From assembly GCA_013265495.1 (NCBI GenBank), contig MU062841.1:14813200-14877199 (forward strand): DNA of 64,000 nucleotides, in the 5' to 3' direction. This stretch comes from Vicugna vicugna (Eukaryota). Both the position numbers and the translations under genes were made by a program. Under the pieces are notes generated by a model. It did not search any database and was not told the DNA's origin. It saw only the letters and a list, made by a program, of their open reading frames with translations. Positions 51,640-64,000 of this stretch are shown in pieces. Numbering within the stretch: the stretch's first letter is position 1; each line of letters starts with the position of its first letter.

Positions 51640-51870
51640 AGAGCAAGGTTCCCTCAGCACTGCTGACGCTTGGGGCTGGATAATTCTTTGTTGTGGGGGC
51701 TGTCTTGCACATTGTAAGATGTTCAGCAGCACCTGTGGCCTCTGCCCACTAGATGACAGTCACACTCCCCCGCTTCCCCAGCCTTGACAGTTAAAAACGT
51801 CGCCTGACCTGGTCCGATGCTCCCAGAGTCAGGGAGAGAGGGATGCAGAGTCCCCTGGTTGAGAACCTCT
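51640..51870. mobile_element. MER20-like hAT MITE
   Basis: GCACTGCTGACGCTTGGGGCTGGATAATTCTTTGTTGTGGGGGCTGTCTTGCACATTGTAAGATGTTCAGCAGCA...TGGTTGAGAACCTCT. Confidence 0.88.
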
Positions 51871-51877
51871 TGTCTAG

Positions 51878-52060
51878 GCCGGTGGCTCTCAGACCTGAGC
51901 GTGATCAGAATCGCTTGGATGGGTACTGAAACGCAGGTTCCTGGGCCGCGCTCCCAGAGTTGCTGATTCAGCACCTGGGGGGTGAACCCGGGAATTTACC
52001 CAGCAAGTTCCCTGCTGATGCTGCCTATGTTGATGCTGTTGTTCTGAGAACCACTGATAG
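51878..52060. mobile_element. MER5A-like hAT MITE, directly next to MER20
   Basis: CCGGTGGCTCTCAGACCTGAGCGTGATCAGAATC...CAAGTTCCCTGCTGATGCTG...TGAGAACCACTG. Confidence 0.85.
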
Positions 52061-53329
52061 GTGGAACCTGTCAGAGGCAGACCATAGGGGTCCCCACGCC
52101 CACCTGGTGATCATAAACAAAGCCCGAGGCCCTGCACGGCCCGCACTCCTCTTCGAGGCTCGCACGCCTCCTGAGGCCAAGTGTTGTCTGTCTTAGGTAA
52201 GACGCTCTACCCGTCTTACCTAAATCTCCCTTTGTCTGGTCACCCCAGTCTGGATGTGCTTCTTGTTGGGGAAGCTCTTAATGCCATTTTTATTTGGTAC
52301 CTTTCACAGGCCATTCTTTATGGCCACTTACTTTGATAGCCATTAAAGTGATTTTACAGTGTTTTGTTCCCTTTGAAGCTGCCCATGGGAACAGGCAGCA
52401 CGGGCACCACCCAGCTGAGTTTCTGACAGAGACGCAAGCTGCTGAAATTTCAGTTACAGTCATCTTGACAGCTGAGCTCAGGAGTGAGATTCTGGTCTTT
52501 CTGACAGAACCTTGATAGGACTAACATGATGGCAAGTCTGCTGCTTAGCAGTCTTTATGATCGTGGCATTTAAACTGCTAATTTGATTTCTGTTCTTTCT
52601 CTTCTGCCTTGATCCTGCCTTTTGTTTCATAATGTAAACATTTTTTCTACAGAAATTTTATCTAGCTTTTACAGCATCCAAAGTATTTCTTAACATTGTA
52701 AAACCTAAAATGTGTTACTTATCTTCCATTAGGGTGAACTTCATTTCATACCTTTTCAAATTCCCTTAAACTATAAGACAGATTGATTAATAAACAGCAG
52801 TTAGTAATAATTATATGAAAACTCTAAAATCCACTTCATAGCATCTTAATGTTTTCTCCAAGATTTTTAGTACATTCTTCCAGCCATCATAGTTAAATTA
52901 AGTTTAACATGCTATAAGGCCAAATTTCAGCCTGTATATCACAGAAAGTTTAAAATTTATCTACAGAAAGCCGTTAGTGTCCCACCTGAAAGTGATGTCT
53001 AGCGTCTAGAATTGGCTTACTTAGCTGTGCCTCTGGTGGGGCTGAGGGCCGGGAGGGGAGGCAGCAGCCTTCCTCCCAGGCAAGGCTGTTGACGAGGTCT
53101 CTGAACGCTCATGACAGCATCAGCCTGATTTCCTGCTTGTCAGGTTTCCCGAGCACGTGAATGCACCCTTAGCAACGTGGAACACTGGCCTGGAGTTACC
53201 TGCTCTCCCCCTCAGGACCTCAGCTGAGAGATGCGGTGTTTAGGAGAAAACTTTGTCCTCTGTTAGAGCCCATTCCTGTTAGAATTTACTCCCAAGAGAG
53301 CTTTTACATCTCCTGATGCATCAGTGTGT

Positions 53330-53800
53330 TTCTTCCTTTCTCAAAATTTAGCAGCAGACATTTACTGAGCACTTACTGTAAGACTGTCCCCGCCCCGAAG
53401 GAGCTAAACATGTCCTCAGATGACACCAGCACAAGTGGACAGGGGCCGCAGGAGAGCTTCTTCTGGGTAGAGGTGTGGCGAGTAGCAAGGGATCTAATCC
53501 TGTCGGGGGTGGGGGGTGCATGGAGGCGGAGGTGGCCATGGGACAAGGGCAACAGGAGGCGCTGCAGAAGAGGTGACTCTGCAGCTGATTCTTGAGACAC
53601 CATCAAGGACTTAACCGATGCATGAGGAGCAGGAGGTATGCTCATCAAAGGAAGCAGCATGGAGACCGAGGAAGGCAGACCGAGAGCTGCGGGCGTGGTG
53701 TGGAGGCAGGGCAGGAGATGGAGGTGGACAGGAAAGCCGGGGAGAGAAAGGGGGCCTGTATGCCTCACTTAAGAGTTGAGTTTTAACACTAATTTGAAAA
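53330..53800 (-). mobile_element. L2 fragment
   Basis: CAGACATTTACTGAGCACTTACTGT...CCCCGAAGGAGCT...; continues after the gap at ~54430-54510. Confidence 0.65.
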
Positions 53801-53806
53801 GATAGA

Positions 53807-54070
53807 NNNNNNNNNNNNNNNNNNNNNNNNNNNNNNNNNNNNNNNNNNNNNNNNNNNNNNNNNNNNNNNNNNNNNNNNNNNNNNNNNNNNNNNNNNNNNN
53901 NNNNNNNNNNNNNNNNNNNNNNNNNNNNNNNNNNNNNNNNNNNNNNNNNNNNNNNNNNNNNNNNNNNNNNNNNNNNNNNNNNNNNNNNNNNNNNNNNNNN
54001 NNNNNNNNNNNNNNNNNNNNNNNNNNNNNNNNNNNNNNNNNNNNNNNNNNNNNNNNNNNNNNNNNNNNNT
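53807..54070. other. Assembly gap (ADPGK intron 2)
   Basis: Run of N at the 5' edge of an L1 fragment. Confidence 1.
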
Positions 54071-54425
54071 GACTGAAATAAGTCAGACAGGAAATATATG
54101 ATATAAATACTGTATGAAATCACTTATATGTGGAATCTAAAAAGTAAAACAAACTAGTGAATATAACAAAAAAAAAGAAGCAGACTCACAGATAAAAAAA
54201 CAAACTAGTGGTTACTGGGGAGGAGGGGCAGGGGAGGGACAAGATAGGGGTAGGGGACAGAGGTACAAACTATCGAGTATAAAATAAGCTCCAAGGATGT
54301 ATGTACAACGTGGGGAATACAGGGAATAATTTATAATGACTATAAATGGGTATAACCTTTATTATATTGTATACCTGTAATATATATAATATACACCAAC
54401 TGTACTTCAATTTAAAAGTGAAATA
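54071..54425 (+). mobile_element. Cetartiodactyl-type L1 3' end (5' part lost in gap)
   Basis: GAAATAAGTCAGACAG...CACTTATATGTGGAATCTAAAAA...GAAGCAGACTCACAGAT...TGTACTTCAATTTAAAA. Confidence 0.88.
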
Positions 54426-54828
54426 AATGAGTTGGACTTTAGTTCACTGTAATATCGAATGATTTTTCAGGAGGAGAGTAACATGATCATATACTCACTT
54501 TAGAAGGAAGACAGTGCAGAAGATAAGGTCTATTCATACTTGTTATATTTCCTTTTGTTTCCTTTATCTGTTCAGCTGCTTGGAAGCTCAAGGCCAAATT
54601 TGATCTACTATTAAGGCAATTATACCAATTTTCAAGGGTAGCTTTTTTTTTTTTTAAAACCTTCTAATTCATTGTCTGTCAACCTATGGGGTTAACATTT
54701 TTATTAATCTTATCTGTGTGTTCTTGTTGTAATGTTACCTCAAACCTTTTTTGGAAGAAAATGGACCGTAAATTAATTGAATAAACCTTGAGTAACAGTT
54801 ATGTTAAAATGCCGTCTAATAACGTTGA

Positions 54829-55920
<1,092 letters not shown>

Positions 55921-56229
55921 TCAGTCGTTAGCTCATTAGAAGCCAGGCCCTTCCCATCAGGAGCCTGGGCATTTGTCTGGGTCCCTAAGAAAATCCACCC
56001 TCTTGACCCCGAGAAGTAATTCTGGCCCTGGAAGTCCTGGGTTAGATGGACCTTTCAATCTGACCTCCTCTGGAACCAGCATTTGCTGTTGGTCTCTGGA
56101 GAAGCTGACCCTGGGACTGGAAAGCATTCTGGTTTAAAAAGGAAAAAAAAAAACAAAACCTGGCCTTGGTAAGAGGTTAAGGAAAGAAAACGGGTATCTG
56201 TTACTCTGCTCTCACTATAATATGATGAA

Positions 56230-56700
56230 CTAAGGATTATCACCCTTTTAAAGATAAGAAAGCTGGTTCAGAGAGGTTGAGTCATGTGCCCAAGGTCACC
56301 GAGCCGGTAAGTGATGGAGCCAGGATTCAAACACCAGGCTCTGCCATGACCTCACCACCTGAAACTGCTCTCAAAGGAATTTAGTTTAACTTACTGAAAT
56401 GCTTCTCAATATGGACCAGGTGATCATCAGAGAACCACCACAGATCAAGGCCTAGGGTTTTCCAAAGGCAATAATAATAGTTAACGCTTAGGTCATTCTT
56501 CCATGTCCAGAGCACTGCTTTACGTTATATGAACCCATTTAATCCTCGTGATGGCCTGGGAGGGGGTCTGTTACTATCCCCATTTTGCAGGTGGGAAAAA
56601 TGAGGCATGAAGAAGTTAAAACTGTTCCGGTTCCCATACCTAGTGAGGAGCTGGGATCTGAACCCAAGTAGTCTTGCTCCAGAGTCCATGCTCGTCACAA
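56230..56700 (+). mobile_element. Two MIR copies
   Basis: GGTTCAGAGAGGTTGAGTCATGTGCCCAAGGTCAC...GGATTCAAA; CCCATTTAATCCTCGTGATGG...CTATCCCCATTTTGCAGGTGGGAAAAATGAGGCA...GGGATCTGAACCCAAG. Confidence 0.8.
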
Positions 56701-56833
56701 CCAGGCTATGCTGTGTCTTAGAAACAGACCCTGGTGTGTGTAGCAAACGCGGAGTAGTAGGGTGGTGAAACGGAAGCCAGAGCACAGAAGAGAGCAGCCT
56801 TTACGGAATATACTTGGAATTTAGCCAAGAATT

Positions 56834-59220
56834 TGCAGTAGATGTTGGATTTTGTCAAATGCTGCTTCTGCATCTGTTGAGATGACTGTATGTGGTTTTT
56901 GGTTTTTAGTTTGCTGTATGGTAATTACATTGATTTTTCAAATGTTAAACCAGCCTTGTATCCCTGGGATAAACCTTACTTGCTTCTGGTGTGTTACCCT
57001 TTTTATGTATCATTGGATTCAGTTTAATAAAATTTTGTTTGCATTTTTTACATCAGTTTCTATGAGGGCTGGATTTTTCTTTCTTTGTCTGTCTGGTTTG
57101 GGATCCAGGTAATACTGATCTTGCAGAATGAGTTGGGAACCATTCCTTTTTTTTTTTAAGAGTTTGTGTGGAATTGGTATCATCCCTTCCTCACATGTTT
57201 GCGAAGTTCGCCAGTGACGTCCTCTAGGCCTGAAGTTTCTGCTGTGGAAAGATTTTTAACAACTTTGACTTAATAGATATAGAGAAATTCAGACTTTCTG
57301 TTTCTTGAGTGAGCTTTGGTAGTTTTACCTGTCAAGGAGGTTGTCCATTTCTTCTGAGTTGTTGAATTTCTTGGCATAAAATTAATCATACTGTTCCCTT
57401 ATCCCTTTCAGATCTATAGAATCTAGTGGTGGTCTCTCGCGCTCTTTCCTGAAACTGGTAATGTCTTTTTTTTCCTTGATCAGTTTGGCTATAGGTTTAT
57501 CAGTTTTATTGATCGCTTCCATAATAATGAGTTTTCAGTTCCACTGATTTTTTTTTTTTTGAAACTTGTTCACGGAGGTGCTGGGGATTGACCGCAGGCT
57601 CTCGTGCAGGCTGAGCGCGCCTCTCTCACTGAGCTCTGCTCCCTACCCCTGGCTTCACTGATTTTTTTTCCCTATATTTCTTTTTTATTTCATCGGCTTC
57701 TGTTTGCTTTGAATTTAACTTTCTCTCCTTTTTCTAGTTTCTTAAGGTAGTAACTGAGGTCAGTGATTTTTGGCCCTGCCTTGTTTTCTGGCATAAAGTG
57801 TTCAGTGCTGTGAATTTCCCCGTAAGTCGCTTGTCCCACAGGTTTTGATACATTTTTATCAAATGTTGTGTTTTTATTTTCATTCTGTTCAAATCAAATG
57901 GTTTTAAATTTCCCTCTGATTTCTTGAGATGAGCCACTTAATTAAGCCCATCTATGGACTACTCAGAAATGTGCTGTTCAGCTTTTCAATATTGGGGGGT
58001 TTCCAGTCACCTTTCTATGACTGATTTCTACTTCAATTCCATTTGGTCAGAGACCACACTTCTCTCACTCCTGTTACATTTGTTCAGACTCTTTTATGGC
58101 CTCGAATATAGTCTGTCTTGTGCAGTTCCATGTACACCTGAGAAGTATGTTACGTTTTGCCGTTTGTGGTGGAGTATTCTGTGAGTGTCAGGCCAGGCTG
58201 GTTGATAATGTTCAAGTCTTCTGTATTCTTACTGCTTTTCTGTCTACTGACCAATTGCTGAAGAGGGGTCTCGCTGTAATTACGGTCTTGTCTCTTTGCC
58301 TTGCAGGCCTGTAACTTTTTCTTCATGTATTTTTAAGCTCTGTTATTAGATGCATAACTGTTAAGGGTTGTTACGTCCCCTCCCCGAATTGACCCTTTTA
58401 TCATTACTGGAGATAAAATAATTTCATAAAATTCCTTGTTATGCAATCTCTTGATTAAAATTCGCCATTCCAACTTCCTTTTGATTGGTGTTATCATGGT
58501 GCATCTTTTTCCGTCCTTCTGCTTTTAACCCACTTGTGTCTTTATATTTAAAATGTGTTTCTTGTGGGCAGCATGTAGTGGGTGCTTGCTTTTTAATACA
58601 CTTTGACATTCACTGACTTGTAATTGGGCTGTTATGTTATTTACATCTAATGTGATTGTTGCTCTATCAGGTTAGGGTTAGATCTGGCATCTTGCCACTT
58701 CTTTCCTTTAGCAGCTGCTTTAGGCTTTGTAACGTTCATTTTTGGCTTATCACAGTCTGCTTTTCACCACCAGCTGGATGGAAGACCCTCACAGTAGTTT
58801 ACCTCCGTCTCTCCCCTCCTCTTTTTGTACTGTTCTGCCGTGTACTTTGCTTCTGGATGGGCTGTACATTTCATACTGTGCTGTTGATACTTTTCTTCAA
58901 ACAGTTAATTCTCTTTTAAAGACATTTAAATAATAAGAAAAAGCTGAAGGATTTCCTTTAACGTTTCTTGTAGCGCAGGTCTGCTGGTGGTGAATTCTTT
59001 CAGATTTTGTATATTTGGAAACCCTTTTAGCGTAATTTGCTAAGGCATTGGTAGGGCTTGCTCAGTTTTTCTTCTGTTTCTTAGGGATCACTGTCCTTTG
59101 TTGCCCAGGTCTAAATGTTTTGAAAACCATTGTTTCATATATTTCATCTGTTTTGTTGTTGTTGTTTCAGGCAGGAGGGTAAATCTGGCCCTTGTTACCT
59201 CATCTCAGAAGCTGAAATTC
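56834..59220 (-). mobile_element. Old L1 (L1MC/L1MD-like): 5' terminus, ORF1 end and ORF2 EN-RT part; 3'-truncated
   Basis: Right end (minus strand) reads ...GAGGTAACAAGGGCCAGATTTACCCTCCTGCCTGAAACAAC, an L1MC/D 5' start. ORF1 end EFTTSRPALQETLKEILQ at ~58960-59010. Left end reads IISTDAEAAFDKIQ (RT). Confidence 0.8.
57549..57650 (-). mobile_element. tRNA-derived SINE inside the intronic L1
   Basis: Poly-T then GGTGCTGGGGATTGA...CACTGAGCT. TSD CACTGATTTTTTT at 57542-57554 and 57656-57668. Confidence 0.85.
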
Positions 59221-59903
59221 TAGCCAAGAATTAGAGAAAAGAAACACAATTGTAGGGGTGAGACTTTTCCGAGCGGCAGACAGTGGGCACATGTCAGGAC
59301 AGACGGGGAGCAGGGCAAGGGGCGGGAGGGTGTTTTCACCCAGAAGCTGGAATTTCTTAGATATGTGAAAATGCCTCTGTACAAATGAGCAGTTAATCAG
59401 CAAGTAAAAATGTCCTTCAAAGCTTCTGGGGGCATATTAAATCTGAAGTGGTGTTGCTCACCTCTGGGGACTTTCTTGGAATCCTGGTCCAAGCCCTCAT
59501 GGTTCAGTGGTCTTGAGTCTGTTAGCCTGGTCGTGAGCGGGGCCCAGAGCTGGCTGGGCAGAAGCAGCAGCAGGTGTGAAATGGCTTCTGGAAGCAGCAG
59601 CCAGGGAGAGGCCTGGGGTGGAGCTGAAGAAAGGGTTTTGGAAAAGCTGCAGAGCACCTCCCCCCAGACTTCTGAATCGAAGTGCTCTTTAATTCTTGTA
59701 TTTGGAAGACTCTCTTGTTCACGTAACAACCAAGTACCATCGGAAGCCTGGTCCCACAAGTCAGGTCACTTGGTTACTGTGGTCCTGAGGCTCGTTTCTG
59801 TAAAATTCAAACAGTTGTTTACATCTGGTGACTTCGAACAGACGGCATCCTGTGTCTGTCTGTGCAGGATGTGCGTGAGTAAGGAGAGAAAGTGGGCGAG
59901 GTG

Positions 59904-60278
59904 TGTCTCGGTCCGCTTGGGCTGCCGTGGTGACACAGTGCCATGGGCTGGGTGGCTTAAACAACATACGTTTATTTTCTTACAGTTCTGGAGGCTGGAA
60001 GGCCCAGGGCCACAGTTCCAGCAGGGTTTGGTTTCTTAAGAGCTCTCTTCTGCCTTGGAGACGGCCACCTCCCGGTGTGTCCTCACGTGGCCTTTCTTTA
60101 ATGGCTGTAGTGAGAAAGAGAGCTCTCTCCCCCTGTTCCCATAAGGCCCCCAGTCCTGTTGAGTGAGGACCCCACCCACATGACCTCATTTACCTCCTGT
60201 GCACTCTACCCAGCTATCATCGCGTTGGCAGTTAGGCTTCGACACTGGAACTTGAGGGGACACGCTCAGTCCCTCACA
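59904..60278 (-). mobile_element. MaLR LTR (MLT1A/B-like)
   Basis: GTCCGCTTGGGCTGCC...GGCTTAAACAAC...TTTTCTTACAGTTCTGGAGGCTGGAAG...GGGGACACGCTCAGTCCCTCACA. Confidence 0.85.
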
Positions 60279-60463
60279 GGGTGCGTGGGCGTCAGCAGCC
60301 ACGTGGGTACCTGTCTGACACCTGTGACGTGGTCTTGTGTCGCCTCTCATTTCTGGGTACGTTGTATCCATACCCTCCAGAGGCCTACGCCCCAACTACG
60401 TTCCTCCAAACCAAAAGCTTTCAAAATTGGATTTGGATTCCAGTGTTTTGTTGAAGTAAATAG

Positions 60464-60676
<213 letters not shown>

Positions 60677-62799
60677 TGAGTGAGTAATGGTGTGAGACCG
60701 GGCAGGGGCTTTGGGGTGTGACTGTGCTAGAAACCTCTCTCTGTAAGTTGGCAGGAGCCTTTTCTAGCCTTGTGAAAGGTTTCCTGACCCCTTGGTTCTG
60801 CTGGACTGATGCTGGCCGTTGTCTTGGGGGAGCGCGGTGGAGGTCACTGCACTGAAGGAGAGTCCCAGGTCCACAGACGTTATGGGCCTGAATGCAAGGG
60901 AAATTGGGCCGCAGGAAAGCAGGCGTCGCGAATACAGGCAGAAACGTGTTAAACACACATGTATGAAGCTCTTCTTGATTGTTAAGGAAAGAGAAGGGCA
61001 GTTAACACCTGCCGAGCTCTGTGCTGTGCTCTGGCCCAGGCCTCTCTGGCTAACCATTCCAAGCTGCTTAGGGCTGATGCCAGGCCTCTGGCAAGCTTCC
61101 TTTGAAGCATTTTGTTTCCCCTTGGGTGTGTGAGTGGAAGTGTTTTGTGTTCAACAGCATTGGTGTTATTTCCTGTTATGTAATGTCCCGATGCTTACAA
61201 CTCCAGGCCCGCCCCATCCCACCCCCAGGAGACTGTGTGTTGTACAGACTACAGATCTGACTTCTGAGAGTCCCAAGTGCCCGCACATATTCTAATTCTG
61301 TTTATCAGGTTCTGTGTGTTTGCTGTTGTGTCTGTCCCCTGCTCAGAACTCAGACTCTTGAATTTCTGATTCAACGTATTTATTCAAGTTAAAGACTCAG
61401 ACATCTAAACAGACTAATTGGTACCTAAAAGCAGTACTTAGTTAATATGCGTCTGAACTGCTTCCAAGTCAGCCGATTAAGTGCCTCACCTACTAGAGTA
61501 GTTAACTCTCATGTTAGATAGGAAATAATGGTGCATCTTAAAAATTATGCCTTCCTCCAAGCACAAAAAAGCAGTTGTTTCTTGTTTCTGGTTCTCTTTT
61601 GGGTGCCTACTGGAATGAGGAAGTTAGGAGGGCAGGGTCTGAAAATTAGAGACAGAACGTCAGAGTGGGCAGTTCCCATTTAGCGATCCTCAGTTTTAGT
61701 GTCCCCAGGCCGGAAATCAGAATGCTGGTTCTTGCTGCCTGCAGGTGGTGGTGAGGACTGAGAGGTCAGTGTGTTTAACACAGTGAGCTGCTTAAATGAA
61801 AGGCATGAACAAGACTGCTGGCTGGAAGGGCCTGGAGTGGCCGAAGGTGTGTGCGCCTTAGCAGGGCTGCTGCCCCGGTTCCAGCTTCCTCTCCTTCGGC
61901 GCTGTTGGCGCTCGCACCTGGTCCCTGGTGACGACAGAGTTGAGACACTCGTGTCTTCACCAGGACTCCGCTGTTCGTGTTTGACAGCGGTGCCTTGTGT
62001 GTGGTTACGACCCAGGTTACCTTGAAAGGGGCCTGTCTCGTCTTGGGTTTACGAGCTCCCACTTCAGTCTTCCTTTTCTCCGCCTCATTTTCTCAGCACA
62101 AAGCCATGGCCTGCCTCCAGACTTGATGTGCGTCTTCCTCGGCCCCGGAGGAAACCTGGTCTGGTGGCAGCAGCCCTCGGGTCAGCTCTCTTAACGGAAA
62201 CCCGTCCCCAGCGTCTCTCTGGCCTAGATGAGTCCACCCCACAGGGGGTTCGGCAGCGCTTTCCTCCCTCCGGCCAGAGCTCCCGGAGAAGCTGGTTTTC
62301 CGGCTTCGGACTGGGGTCCTTGAGTCACTGCACAGGCGTTGCTGCCTTACTGACTGAAGGGCAGGGGCATGAATTGAGAGGAGGGATCACTTAAGGAAAC
62401 AGCTTCAGAGCTTTGCGAGAACAGAGCGGGGCTGAGTGTGGCCCCGGGCTCACCCCGTCCGCGTCTCTGTCGTTCCGCTTCTCGGGCCGCGCCGTCAGTC
62501 CTGCGTCCCGCGGGAGCCGCCGGCGCCCGCTGTCCACGGCCCTCCTTGTCTCGCCTTGCGGAAGCCTGTCCATTTTTGCCTCCCTCACTTGCCCCCTGAG
62601 GAGGCGCTGTGGCTCTTCTCTCGTGGGCCGCGCGAGGCAGGGCTGCTCAGCGGCTTCTCTCCGAGTGCCCGCCCCAGGCCTTGCCCCGTGGAGAGTACTT
62701 GTGCTGCGTGTTTCTCCCATTGTACGGGGTCTTGTCAGTTGGGGAAACGTTGGCTTAGAACTCACACCCACGCTTTTTGTGCCGTGGGCATTTGAGTCA

Positions 62800-63230
62800 T
62801 CGGTCTGTTCGCTTACTCACTCGTTCTTTTGCTGACTCGGTCACGTGGCTGTGTGCCAGGCGCAGTGTGAGGCAGTAGAAGTAAGATGATGATGGAAGAC
62901 ACGGGCCTATCCTCGGCCCACAGTTCACTGCAGGAGGTGGACTCTTGAACAAGTGATGGCACAGTCGTGTGCCACGTCCTGCATAGCGTCCAGCGGTGGC
63001 CCGCGAAAGGGCGCACTGTAGTCGAGTCTGCTTGGGGGGAGCAGAGTTCAGAAAGGCTTCCCAGGAGAGGCCATCCTTGCTGGGATCAGATTAGCGGGCG
63101 CCAGGTGGTTCTGTGCAGGGGACCTTGCCTGTGCTGTGGGGGTCAAGGTAGGTTTGAATACTCATTCAAAATAGTAGAAGAAGAGCACTCAGAGCAAAAT
63201 GACTAATCATCAAGTCATGTGAAGGAGACT
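62800..63230 (-). mobile_element. L2 fragment
   Basis: TTACTCACTCGTTCTTT...CTGTGTGCCAGGCGCAGTGTGAGG...CAGAAAGGCTTCCCAGGAGAGG. Confidence 0.55.
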
Positions 63231-63601
63231 CTCTGGATCCTCACAGCAGTGAAAGGGCCCTCAGGCCGGAGCAGGCGGCAGCCACGTAGGGAGGGAGGAA
63301 CACGTGAGCTTAGTCCTGGGCGGCCGGTACTCCAGAGCAGCTCACTGAGAAGAGGCCGGAGCAGGTGCCCAGACAGCCCTTGGGCGGCAGGGAGGGAGGG
63401 CGCCGTCAGCCTGACTCTTGGAATCTCAGCCTCCTTAGGCTCCAGTCACATGACAGGTGCTCAGGGCCCCGCTGCGAGGCAGGACACACAAGGGGAAAGC
63501 CAGCAGGTCGCACGCTCAGGGACCTGTGCTGTGTGCCCCGTGCACTGGTGTCTAGAAGTCGTGCTCTGGGGCGGGGAAGGGCGCAGACGCCCTGTATCTG
63601 A

Positions 63602-64000
<399 letters not shown>

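Overview
Mammalian (placental) genomic DNA, about half interspersed repeats, with three assembly gaps. A camelid (alpaca/camel) origin is inferred from eight tRNA-Ala-derived SINEs with an ...AATAAACCTAATTACCTCCCC tail and from young lineage-type L1 3' ends. The only protein-coding gene I can support is ADPGK (ADP-dependent glucokinase) on the + strand. Its coding exons 1-4 and the start of exon 5 are present (44252-44484, 50965-51190, 54841-54903, 60545-60665, 63915-window end), joined in frame by GT-AG introns and preceded by a CpG-island promoter. The first ~44 kb is non-coding: L1, L2, MIR, MaLR/ERVL LTRs, hAT/MER DNA-transposon fossils, an orphan CpG island at ~35 kb and several homeodomain-motif clusters. 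I found no RNA gene, no CRISPR array and no clearly novel multi-gene system. The best leads are regulatory. They are: a weak exon-2 donor competing with a stronger frameshifting donor (possible NMD switch); a UPRE in the promoter; an orphan CpG island with a CTCF motif; and an antisense ORF across exon 1. There are also several legible retrotransposition structures: a twin-priming inversion, nested insertions with triplicated target sites, and a tail-less L1 with an apparent TSD. Repeat subfamily names come from recalled consensus similarity, not from a database search, and repeat boundaries are approximate.
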